Source of the DNA: an uncultured Clostridia bacterium | GTDB lineage: Bacteria > Bacillota > Clostridia > Christensenellales > CAG-138 | NCBI GenBank assembly: GCA_946631895.1 | Contig: CAMPAN010000003.1 | Coordinates: 2,556 to 66,555, forward strand | DNA: 64,000 bases | Direction: 5' to 3' | Shown: one piece after another, positions 56,248 through 64,000 of the stretch | Layout: each line of letters opens with the position of its first letter | Numbering within the stretch: the first letter of the stretch is position 1 | Program-made: the position numbers and the translations under genes | The notes under the pieces: generated by a model | The model's input: the letters and a program-made list of their open reading frames with translations, nothing else | Told to the model about the DNA's origin: nothing | Database searches by the model: none

Positions 56248-56276
56248 ACTTTAGCAAAGGATTATTCTTTTGTCAA
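56248..56276 (-). promoter_or_regulatory. sigma-A-type promoter (extended -10) upstream of micro-ORF C
   Basis: The minus strand reads TTGACA, 17 nt ending in TGC, TAAAGT. It shares the TTGACAA...TTTGCTA layout with the promoter at 55923-55951. Confidence 0.55.
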
Positions 56277-56361
56277 TTCCGAATCGCGTCTATTCATAAA
56301 AAAGTCATAATTGCAGTCGTTCTGACGTCCCCTGTTTACAGTTTCGACGTTTTTCCGCGCA

Positions 56362-59300
56362 TCAGAAATCAAACAGAGAAATCTGCTTGTTCTTCGGCAT
56401 ATTGCCGAACGCACCGCAGCTTTCCAGCATGGCGACGATCCCGGTGTTTGCGCCGGTCTCGTTCGCGAAATCTTCGATCGTCGGATAGACTGCGCCGGGT
56501 TTTCTGCGCTCGCAGATCGCGATCGCCTGACCGGCGCCGACGCCGGGGATCGCGTCGAACGGCGGACGCAGCGCGTTCCCCTCGATCAAAAACTTCGTCG
56601 CATCGGACTTGTAGATGTCGACGGGCAGCAGTTCGATGCCGCGTACGTTCATTTCATAAACGAGCTCAAGGATCGTCACAAGCTCCTTGTCCTTCTTTTT
56701 CTCGCTGTCGGTCTTCTGCGTGGAGGACGATTCCTTTTCGATCTCGTCGATCTGCCGTTTCACCGCCTCCGGACCGCCCGCCGCGCGCGTGATGTCGAAC
56801 GTGTCCGCGCGCACCGTAAAGTAGACCGCGTAAAACGCCAGCGGATAATGCACCTTATAGTACGCGATGCGGAACGAAGACATCGAGTATGCGACCGCGT
56901 GTCCGCGCGGGAACATGTACTTGATCTTCTTGCACGAATCGATGAACCATGCCGGGATCTTGCCGTCGATCATCGCCTGCTCCATCTCGTCGGTCAGTCC
57001 CTTGCCCTTTCGGACGCGCTCCATGATCTTGAACGACAGCGACGCCTCCATGCCGTGCGCGATCAGATAATTCATGATATCGTCACGCGTGCACAGAACC
57101 TCAGAGAGCTTTGCGATGCCGCCCATGACGAGCGGTTCGGCGTTATTGAGCCACACGTCCGTGCCGTGCGTCAGCCCCGCGATTCGGATCAGCTCCTCGA
57201 ACGTGGTCGGGCGCGTGTTCTCGAGCACCTGCCGCACAAACCCCGTGCCGAATTCCGGCACGCCGAGCGTGCCCAGGGAGCAGCCGATCTCGGTGAGGTC
57301 GATGTGCAGCGGCTCCACGGTCGAGAACAGCATGCGCGTGTCCGGATCGTCCAGGGGGATCTCGCGCGGGTTCAGCCCGGTCAGCGCTTCCAGCATGTGC
57401 AGCGCCGTCGGATCGTCGTGCCCGAGGATGTCGAGCTTGACGAGGCGGTCGTCCATCGCGTGGAAGTCGAAGTGCGTCGTGATCGTGTTCTTGTCGACCT
57501 TGTCCGCCGGATACTGGATCGGCGTGTAATCGTATACCTCGGTATATTCGTCGTGATCGCGCGGCACGATGACGATGCCGCCCGGGTGCTGTCCGGTCGT
57601 GACCTTGACGCCCTCGCAGCCTTTTTCGAGCCGCTGGACCTCCGCGGACGAGAACGTGCGTCCCGTCGCCTCTGCGAACGAATAGACGCATTCAAACGCC
57701 TTCCGTTCCGCAAGCCCGGAGATCGTGCCCGCGCGGAACGCGTGTCCCTTGCCGAACATCTCCTCCACGTACTTATGCGCGACCGGCTGATATTCGCCGG
57801 AGAAGTTCAGGTCGATATCCGGGACCTTGTCGCCCTTGAATCCGAGGAAGACCTCGAACGGGATCTCAAAGCCCTCCTTACGGAGCATGGTCCCGCAGAC
57901 GGGGCACGCGCGGTTCGGCATGTCCGCGCCAACGCTGTACTTTTCATGATCGATGTCGAAGTCGGAGAACCTGCAGTTCGGACAGACATAGTGCGGCGAC
58001 AGCGCGTTGACCTCCGTGATGCCCGCGAGCATCGCCACAAACGACGAGCCGACGGAGCCTCGGCTTCCGACAAGATACCCGTCGGAAAGCGACTTTTTCA
58101 CCAGCCGCTGCGCCATCAGATACAGGGACGCGTAGTGGTTGCCGATGATGGATTTCAGTTCCTTATCAAGCCTTGCCTGCACGATCGGCGGCAGCGGATC
58201 GCCGTAGATCTCGTGCGCGCGGTCGATCGCGGTGTTCTTGAGCTCGTCCTCCGCATTCTCGATCGTCGGAGAATGCGTCCCCTCCGGGAACGGTACAAGC
58301 TCGTCGCACAGGTCCGCGATCCGGTTCGGCACGTCGATGACGATCTCCTTCGCCTTCTTTTCGCCGAGATACGCAAACTCGTCGAGCATGTCCTGCGTCG
58401 TCTTGAAATACAGCGGCGCCTGCTGCTCCGCGTCCGCGAACCCGAGCTTGCTCATCAGGATCGCGCGGTAGATCGCGTCGGTCGGCTCCAGAAAATGTAC
58501 GTCGCCGGTCGCGGCAACGGGTTTGTGCATCCGTTCGCCGAGCGCAACGATCTTCCGGTTCAGATCCCGAAGTCCCTCATCGTTCTCCACCCTGCCCTCG
58601 CGCTTCAGAAACGCGTTGTTGCCGATCGGCTGGATCTCGAAATAGTCGTAGAACGAGGCGATCTTTTCGATCTGCTCCTGCGATTCCCCGTTCAGAACGG
58701 CGCGGAACAGCTCGCCCGCCTCGCACGCGGAGCCGACGATGAGATCGCTGCGGTAAAGCATCAGCAGCGATTTCGGGATCTGCGGACGCACGTGCAGATA
58801 GTCGAGGTGCGACCAGCTGATCAGCTTATAGAGGTCCTTCATGCCCTTCTGCGTGCGGGCAAGCAGGATGATGTGGTTCGTCTGCCGCTTCTCCTTCGCC
58901 GCGCGCTTACGGTACGCCTCGTGCGTGTCCGGCACGATCGGAATGCGGTCGATCCCGCGTTCCTTCAGCATGTCGATAAACCGCAGCAGGATCATCGCGC
59001 AGGTGTTTGCGTCGTCGTCCGCGCGGTGATGGCTGCCCATGTCGATGTCGAAATAGGCGGAAATGGTATCGAGCTTATGGTTTTCGAGCGCGTCGCGCAG
59101 CAGATAGCGCGACAGCATCAGCGTATCGGCGTACGGCATCGGGAACGTGATCCCGAACCGGTCGCCGTGATAGGTGATAAAGCCCGTGTCGAACTGCGCG
59201 TTGTGCGCGACGAGCGTGCTGCCCTCCGCAAACGCGCGGAAGCGTTCAAGCACCTCGCGCGTGCCCGGCGCGCCTTCGAGCATGGATTGCGTGATGCCGG

Positions 59301-60378
59301 TGAGTTCCGTGATATTCTTCGGAATGACGACGCCGTCGTCGATGAAGGACTGGAACCGTTCCGTGACCTTTCCGTCGTGCAGACGCACCGCGCCGATCTC
59401 GATGATCTCGCAGCTTTCCGCCTTGAGTCCGGTCGTTTCGATGTCGAAAACCGTGAAATCGCCGTCCGCGGGCTGCGATTCGCAGTCGGGAATCAGATAC
59501 CCCTCCACGCCGAAGATCGCCTTGACGCCGGTCGCCTTCGCCGCCTTTGCCGCCTCCGGGAACGCCTGGACCACGCCGTGATCGGTGATCGCAAGCGCCT
59601 TATGTCCCCAGCGCTTCGCCGTGCGGAACGCCTCGGTCAGGTTCGTGATGCCGTCCATCGTGGACATTCTGGAGTGCAGATGCAGCTCGACGCGCTTTTC
59701 CTCCGCGTCGTCCATGCGCAGCGCGCGCGGCAGAATGCCGACGGAATCGACGTAGACGCTGCGCTCTCCGGTCTTTTTGACGATCTTGCAGACGCCCTTG
59801 ATCCGAAGGTCCTTGCCGCCCTTTGCCGCGTCGTTGAGCCAGTGATCGAAGCGCGCCGCCTGCCATTCCTCGGGGAAGCTTGCGGTGCAGTAGACCGAAT
59901 CGGAAAGATCGGTCACGTTGAACTGCACGCGGCAGTTCGGCTTTTTGACGCGCATCGACCAGTCGTCGCGGATCTCCGAGGACACCAGCCTTCCCGTGAA
60001 CACGGCGGCGGTCTCCTCCTCCCCGCGCAGCTCATAGATCGGAAGTTCCTCCGCGCCTTCGGGAATCGGTTTGCCGAGGAGCACCCCGTTTTCGGGGATC
60101 GGCACATCGACCTCGTTCTTTTTCTGCGGCGCGGCAGGCTTGACGGCGACGCGTTCCGGCTCGACGTCGCGGTATTCGAACTGTACGGCATACATGGGCA
60201 GGATCGTCCGGATCGCGCCTTCCCAAGTGTCGCACGCATCCTTTGCAACCAGCTTTGCCGTGCGCTCGACCGTTATCGTCAGCGTCTGCGTATCGCGCGA
60301 AAGGCACACGTTTTTGATCGTGAGCCACTCGGTTCTGATATGCGCCGCGTCATATGCCGCCCTGAGTTCTTCCTTCAT
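56362..60378 (-). CDS. polC: DNA polymerase III alpha subunit, PolC type
   Basis: PHP (..HLHSRMSTMDGI..AITDHGVVQAF..) is interrupted by a DEDD exonuclease (..FTVFDIETTGL.., ..LVAHNAQFDTGFI..). Polymerase core follows. The start is at ATG 60378 (MKEELRAAYDA..). The R-rich upstream extension of the track ORF overlaps ispG and was rejected. Confidence 0.93.
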   Translation of the reverse strand: MKEELRAAYDAAHIRTEWLTIKNVCLSRDTQTLTITVERTAKLVAKDACDTWEGAIRTILPMYAVQFEYRDVEPERVAVKPAAPQKKNEVDVPIPENGVLLGKPIPEGAEELPIYELRGEEETAAVFTGRLVSSEIRDDWSMRVKKPNCRVQFNVTDLSDSVYCTASFPEEWQAARFDHWLNDAAKGGKDLRIKGVCKIVKKTGERSVYVDSVGILPRALRMDDAEEKRVELHLHSRMSTMDGITNLTEAFRTAKRWGHKALAITDHGVVQAFPEAAKAAKATGVKAIFGVEGYLIPDCESQPADGDFTVFDIETTGLKAESCEIIEIGAVRLHDGKVTERFQSFIDDGVVIPKNITELTGITQSMLEGAPGTREVLERFRAFAEGSTLVAHNAQFDTGFITYHGDRFGITFPMPYADTLMLSRYLLRDALENHKLDTISAYFDIDMGSHHRADDDANTCAMILLRFIDMLKERGIDRIPIVPDTHEAYRKRAAKEKRQTNHIILLARTQKGMKDLYKLISWSHLDYLHVRPQIPKSLLMLYRSDLIVGSACEAGELFRAVLNGESQEQIEKIASFYDYFEIQPIGNNAFLKREGRVENDEGLRDLNRKIVALGERMHKPVAATGDVHFLEPTDAIYRAILMSKLGFADAEQQAPLYFKTTQDMLDEFAYLGEKKAKEIVIDVPNRIADLCDELVPFPEGTHSPTIENAEDELKNTAIDRAHEIYGDPLPPIVQARLDKELKSIIGNHYASLYLMAQRLVKKSLSDGYLVGSRGSVGSSFVAMLAGITEVNALSPHYVCPNCRFSDFDIDHEKYSVGADMPNRACPVCGTMLRKEGFEIPFEVFLGFKGDKVPDIDLNFSGEYQPVAHKYVEEMFGKGHAFRAGTISGLAERKAFECVYSFAEATGRTFSSAEVQRLEKGCEGVKVTTGQHPGGIVIVPRDHDEYTEVYDYTPIQYPADKVDKNTITTHFDFHAMDDRLVKLDILGHDDPTALHMLEALTGLNPREIPLDDPDTRMLFSTVEPLHIDLTEIGCSLGTLGVPEFGTGFVRQVLENTRPTTFEELIRIAGLTHGTDVWLNNAEPLVMGGIAKLSEVLCTRDDIMNYLIAHGMEASLSFKIMERVRKGKGLTDEMEQAMIDGKIPAWFIDSCKKIKYMFPRGHAVAYSMSSFRIAYYKVHYPLAFYAVYFTVRADTFDITRAAGGPEAVKRQIDEIEKESSSTQKTDSEKKKDKELVTILELVYEMNVRGIELLPVDIYKSDATKFLIEGNALRPPFDAIPGVGAGQAIAICERRKPGAVYPTIEDFANETGANTGIVAMLESCGAFGNMPKNKQISLFDF

Positions 60379-60395
60379 GCTGCCCCTGTGTTTTC

Positions 60396-61442
60396 TTATG
60401 CGCCCAGGATCGCGTTTGCCTCGTCGACCAGACGCCGTAAAATCTCTTCGTAACCGCCGTGTCCGACGATCTCTCCCTTTTTGATCAGCACGCCGTTGCC
60501 GTCGCCGAACGCCACGCCGATATCCGCTTCCCGCGCTTCGCCTGGGCCGTTGACCGCGCATCCCATGACCGCGATCTTCAGATAGCCCTTGTTGTGCGCA
60601 ACGTGCTCGTTCACGTACGCCGCCGCCTTCTCGACGTCGCAGCGCGTCCGCCCGCAGGTCGGACAGGAAACGATCTCCACGTCGTCCTTCCTTAGCCCCA
60701 CGGCTCTCAGGATCGCAAGCGCGGTCTCCACCTCGCGGACCGGATCGCCGGTCAAAGAGACGCGCATCGTGTCGCCGATGCCCTGCAAAAGAAGCGCGCC
60801 GAGCCCCGCCGCGCTCTTGATGATCCCGGTTTCGATCGGGCCGGTCTCGGTGATGCCGATGTGCAGCGGATAGTCCATCCGCGCCTGCGCCATGCGGTAG
60901 CTGTGCACCGTTTCGGATACGGTCGTGCACTTTAAGGAGATCACGATGTCCGAAAACCCGCAGTCCTCCAGAAGCTTTGCGTGTCCCATCGCGCTGCGGC
61001 ACATCGCCTCCGCGGGGTTTTCGCGGTACAGCGGCAGAAACTGCTTTTCGATCGAGCCGCCGTTGATGCCGATGCGGATCGGCACGTGATGCGCTTTACA
61101 GCAGTCCGCAACCAGACGCACGCGCTCCGCGCTCCCGATATTGCCCGGGTTGATGCGCAGCTTGTCCACGCCGTTTTCGACGGCTTTGATCGCAAGCCGG
61201 TAATTGAAATGCACGTCGGCGACGAGCGGAATATGGATCCGCTCTCTGATCGTCCTGATCGCGTCCGCCGCGGCTTCGTCAAACACCGCGACGCGGATGA
61301 TCTCGCAGCCGGCTTTCTCAAGCCGCAGGATCTGCCCGACCGTTGCGTCCACGTCACGCGTGTCCGTATTGCACATGGACTGCACGGAGACAGGCGCACC
61401 GCCGCCGATCTGTATGTTTCCGGCCTTCACATAATCCGCCAT
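60396..61442 (-). CDS. ispG: 4-hydroxy-3-methylbut-2-en-1-yl diphosphate synthase (flavodoxin)
   Basis: ..IQIGGGAPVSVQSMCNTDTRDV.., ..SCPTCGR.., ..VMGCAVNGPGEA.. Confidence 0.93.
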   Translation of the reverse strand: MADYVKAGNIQIGGGAPVSVQSMCNTDTRDVDATVGQILRLEKAGCEIIRVAVFDEAAADAIRTIRERIHIPLVADVHFNYRLAIKAVENGVDKLRINPGNIGSAERVRLVADCCKAHHVPIRIGINGGSIEKQFLPLYRENPAEAMCRSAMGHAKLLEDCGFSDIVISLKCTTVSETVHSYRMAQARMDYPLHIGITETGPIETGIIKSAAGLGALLLQGIGDTMRVSLTGDPVREVETALAILRAVGLRKDDVEIVSCPTCGRTRCDVEKAAAYVNEHVAHNKGYLKIAVMGCAVNGPGEAREADIGVAFGDGNGVLIKKGEIVGHGGYEEILRRLVDEANAILGA

Positions 61443-61443
61443 A

Positions 61444-62655
61444 TCAGCCTCCGAAACAGCGCATGATGTCGCTGACGGTCAGCGCGACCATCAGAAGCAG
61501 CAGCGCGATCATACCGATCATATGCACCAGCCCTTCCTTTTCGGGCGGTACGGGTTTTCGGCGGATCATCTCGATGACAAGGAAGATCAGCCGTCCGCCG
61601 TCCAGCGCGGGCAGCGGCAAAAGGTTGATGATGCCGAGGTTTACCGCGATCAGCGCCATAAACCACAGGAATATGTTCCACATATTCGAGGACGAACCGC
61701 TTTCTGCCAGCACATCGGAAACAAAGTCGACCGTACCGACCGGTCCGGTTACGTCGCGGCAGCTTGCCTGTCCCGAAACGATCATGCCGAGGGATTGATA
61801 AACCGTCTTGCCGAGGTTCCACGTCTCCGGGAACGCACGCAGCGCAGCCTTGCCGACGGTATAGTGTTCCGTTACCGAGTGATACGGCATATGCATAAAC
61901 TTGATCTGCATCCGCTTATTGCCGGTCGTTTGATCCAGCAGATTGCCGAACACAAGCGTCTCCTCCGTACCGCCCGTGACCTTGATCTCGTCCGTCGTCA
62001 GCACGCCGTCCTTTGTGCTTTCCGTTTCCACCGTTGCGCCGCGCAGCACCGACACGGTCATGCCGTCCATGCTCGCCGCCTTCAATGCTGCGTCCAGCGA
62101 TTCGGGATCGGTCAGCGGGATCCCGTCCATCGAGAGGAGGATGTCGCCTTTCTGCATACCGGCTTTCTCCGCCGGACCGTTCTCCTCGACCAGATCGACG
62201 ACAAGAAGCTCCTCCGTGCTCTGCTCCACGATTGCGCCGGCGCCGAGCAGCATAAAGAAGCACAGCACCACGCAGGTCAGAATGTTTGTCAAAGGACCGC
62301 CGAGCACAACCAGGAACCGCTTCCATGCGGGTTTGGAATTGAAGAGCCGCGGATCCTTTTCCTTGGATTCTTCCGATTCTCCTTCATCCGCTTCGGCTGT
62401 TTCGGGACGCTTTTTGTTCTTCTCGTCGGTATTGCCGTCCTCGCCGAAGAAGCGGCAGGAGCCGCCGATCGGCAGCGCGCGGAGCGTGAACTCCGTCTCC
62501 TTGCCCTTGATGCCGAAGATCTTCGGCCCGAGCCCCACGGAAAACTCCGTGATCGTGAAACCGAGCCACTTGCCCATCAGGTAGTGACCGAGCTCGTGCG
62601 TGATGACAAGCAGCGAAAGTCCTAAAACTGCCAGTAAAATGTACCAGATTGTCAT
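61444..62655 (-). CDS. rseP: RIP metalloprotease RseP/RasP (M50 site-2 protease) with PDZ domain
   Basis: ..ITHELGHYLMGK.. (HExxH), PDZ ..GPAEKAGMQKGDILLSMDG.., ..NLLPLPALDGG.. Confidence 0.9.
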   Translation of the reverse strand: MTIWYILLAVLGLSLLVITHELGHYLMGKWLGFTITEFSVGLGPKIFGIKGKETEFTLRALPIGGSCRFFGEDGNTDEKNKKRPETAEADEGESEESKEKDPRLFNSKPAWKRFLVVLGGPLTNILTCVVLCFFMLLGAGAIVEQSTEELLVVDLVEENGPAEKAGMQKGDILLSMDGIPLTDPESLDAALKAASMDGMTVSVLRGATVETESTKDGVLTTDEIKVTGGTEETLVFGNLLDQTTGNKRMQIKFMHMPYHSVTEHYTVGKAALRAFPETWNLGKTVYQSLGMIVSGQASCRDVTGPVGTVDFVSDVLAESGSSSNMWNIFLWFMALIAVNLGIINLLPLPALDGGRLIFLVIEMIRRKPVPPEKEGLVHMIGMIALLLLMVALTVSDIMRCFGG

Positions 62656-62665
62656 ATCGTTGTCC

Positions 62666-63811
62666 TTACTGTTTCGTTTTCAAAAAGCGGTCGACCGCAT
62701 AGCGTGCCGCCCGGTCCGCCGCGGCGATCGCCTCGAGCGAATCCGCAGGACGGTTTTCGATCGCGTTCAGCGCCGCGTCCACGCAGTCCTCGATCCCGAC
62801 AAACCCGATGCGCCCGGCAAAATACGCCTCCGCCGCGCGCTCGTTGGCGCCGTTGTAGACCGTCGGCATGATGCCGTCCGCCCGCAAAACATCGTACGCC
62901 ATGCGGATCGCGTGAAAGCGCTCCGGGTCCGCCGGATAGAATTCCAACGGATGCGTAAGATCGAGCTTCAAAGGCTCGCACAGGCTTTCCATTCGTTCCG
63001 GATACGTCAGCGCGTACTGGATCGGCAGCCGCATATCGGGCTTACTGAGGTTTGCCATGATCGTGCCGTCGCGGTATTCGACCATGCTGTGCACGATCGA
63101 CTGCGGATGGATCAGCACTGAAATGTGTTCCGCGTCGAAGTGAAACAGCCGGCTCGCCTCGATGATCTCCAGTCCCTTGTTAAAAAGCGTCGCGGAATCG
63201 AGCGTGATCTTCTTCCCCATCTTCCACGTCGGATGATTGAGCGCGTCGTCGAGTGAAACATACTGCAGTTCCCCGCGCGTTTTGCGGAAGAACGGACCGC
63301 CGGAAGCGGTCAGAATGAGCCGTTCGACCTCGTCCCTGCTGCCGTTTTGCAGCGCTTGAAAGATCGCGCTCTGCTCGCTGTCGATCGGCATAAGCTCCGC
63401 TCCGTAAAAAGCGAGCGCCGCGTCGACCAGGCTCCCGCCGCACACAAGGCTTTCCTTGTTTGCGATCGCGATGCGTTTGCCATGTCTGATCGCCGCAAGC
63501 AGCGGTTTCAGCGCCGCGTAGCCCGAGATCGCAAGCACCGTGACATCCGCGTCGGCGGCTTCGGCAAGCCGTTCCGCTGCGTCGGGACCGCAAAAGATCT
63601 CCGTCCCCGCGGGAAGCCGGTCGGCGTCGAGCGGGACCTCCGCCGCAGCGTATTTCGGGTTCAGCGCCTGCGCCTGCGCATACAGCGTTTCGACGTCGCT
63701 TTTGCAGGAAAGCCCGATCACGGAAAACCGGTCGGCATGCAGCTTCAGCACTTCGACCGTCTGCGTGCCGATCGAGCCGGTCGAGCCCAGCAGCAATACC
63801 TCTTTTTTCAT
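62666..63811 (-). CDS. dxr: 1-deoxy-D-xylulose 5-phosphate reductoisomerase
   Basis: MKKEVLLLGSTGSIGTQT.., ..PIDSEQSAIFQ.., ..HPTWKMG.. Confidence 0.93.
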   Translation of the reverse strand: MKKEVLLLGSTGSIGTQTVEVLKLHADRFSVIGLSCKSDVETLYAQAQALNPKYAAAEVPLDADRLPAGTEIFCGPDAAERLAEAADADVTVLAISGYAALKPLLAAIRHGKRIAIANKESLVCGGSLVDAALAFYGAELMPIDSEQSAIFQALQNGSRDEVERLILTASGGPFFRKTRGELQYVSLDDALNHPTWKMGKKITLDSATLFNKGLEIIEASRLFHFDAEHISVLIHPQSIVHSMVEYRDGTIMANLSKPDMRLPIQYALTYPERMESLCEPLKLDLTHPLEFYPADPERFHAIRMAYDVLRADGIMPTVYNGANERAAEAYFAGRIGFVGIEDCVDAALNAIENRPADSLEAIAAADRAARYAVDRFLKTKQ

Positions 63812-63812
63812 C

Positions 63813-64000
63813 TTATTTCGCTCCGCTCTGTTTCAGTCCGCCGAATCTGCGTTCGCGCCCGGCAAACGCCTGCAGCGCCCCGATGAGCTCGTCGCGCGTA
63901 AAGTCCGGCCATTTGACGTCGGTGAAATACAGCTCCGCGTACGCGATCTGCCACAGCAGGAAGTTCGATACGCGCTCGTCGCCGCCGGTGCGGATCAATA
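63813..64000 (-). CDS. uppS: undecaprenyl-diphosphate synthase, C-terminal part (gene continues beyond window end)
   Basis: ..[32 protein letters not shown].. is the UppS C-terminal signature. Confidence 0.85.
   Translation of the reverse strand, partial: LIRTGGDERVSNFLLWQIAYAELYFTDVKWPDFTRDELIGALQAFAGRERRFGGLKQSGAK

Noticed and set aside
53352-56276. Lasso-peptide cluster (because of the YxxP-type leader plus PqqD-like protein)
   Set aside because: There is no Asn-synthetase-like lasso cyclase and no transglutaminase-type leader protease. The cores lack the N-terminal Gly/Ala/Ser/Cys plus Asp/Glu at position 7-9 arrangement. The enzyme present is a radical SAM/SPASM protein.
55524-56792. 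422-aa plus-strand ORF across the micro-ORF region and into polC
   Set aside because: It is antisense to polC and to the three RBS-preceded micro-ORFs. Its composition shifts abruptly between an AT-rich part and an R-rich part. No motifs are present.
56848-60453. 1201-aa plus-strand ORF
   Set aside because: It is antisense to polC. The translation is R/D/V/L-rich with no motifs, a high-GC artefact. The same reasoning applies to 39872-41998 (antisense to the PBP gene), 17302-19002, 3318-4529, 25827-27287, 243-995, 51437-53122, 61522-62625 and 54171-55376.
60379-61002. N-terminal 208-aa extension of the polC ORF in the track
   Set aside because: The extension is Arg/Gly-rich junk that overlaps ispG in another frame. 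A PolC-like sequence begins only at MKEELRAAYDA (ATG 60378), which has an RBS.

Overview
High-GC (by eye above 60%) chromosomal segment from a spore-forming Clostridia-type Firmicute. Markers are PolC, a GerA-type germinant receptor operon, YlbJ, RNase Y and pta-ackA. I count about 55 protein genes, mostly on the minus strand, and one tRNA-Trp. Most of the window is housekeeping: recJ, ackA-pta, tmcAL, gap, fba, potABCD, udk, a class A PBP, rny, polC, ispG, rseP, dxr and uppS. It also carries large surface or secreted proteins (a 1427-aa AmyE-like GH13 amylase, a membrane-tethered C11 clostripain-like peptidase, and an anti-sigma/beta-propeller protein paired with an ECF sigma). The stand-out is a compact locus at about 53.35-56.28 kb on the minus strand, between polC and rny. 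Its three micro-ORFs (49, 44 and 32 aa) are too short for the 60-aa ORF track. They share a Y-x-K-P-x-[M/I] leader. They are followed by a terminator/attenuator hairpin, a radical SAM/SPASM enzyme, a stand-alone PqqD-like (RRE) protein and an S26B-like peptidase with no membrane anchor. This is RiPP-cluster architecture, with no exporter and no lasso or lanthipeptide enzymes. I cannot tell from sequence alone whether the family is already described. Other items worth a second look: a cluster of GTAG-headed REP/BIME-like hairpins containing a 130-bp direct repeat (4.56-5.14 kb); an AT-rich 3-gene island punctuated by GGGGACGGTTCTCC palindromic repeats (12.45-15.42 kb); a PPTase/GIY-YIG fusion ORF; and a decayed AT-rich gene remnant next to tRNA-Trp. 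Functional calls rest on motif recognition from memory, and no database search was possible. Many long ORFs in the track are antisense artefacts of high GC and were rejected.
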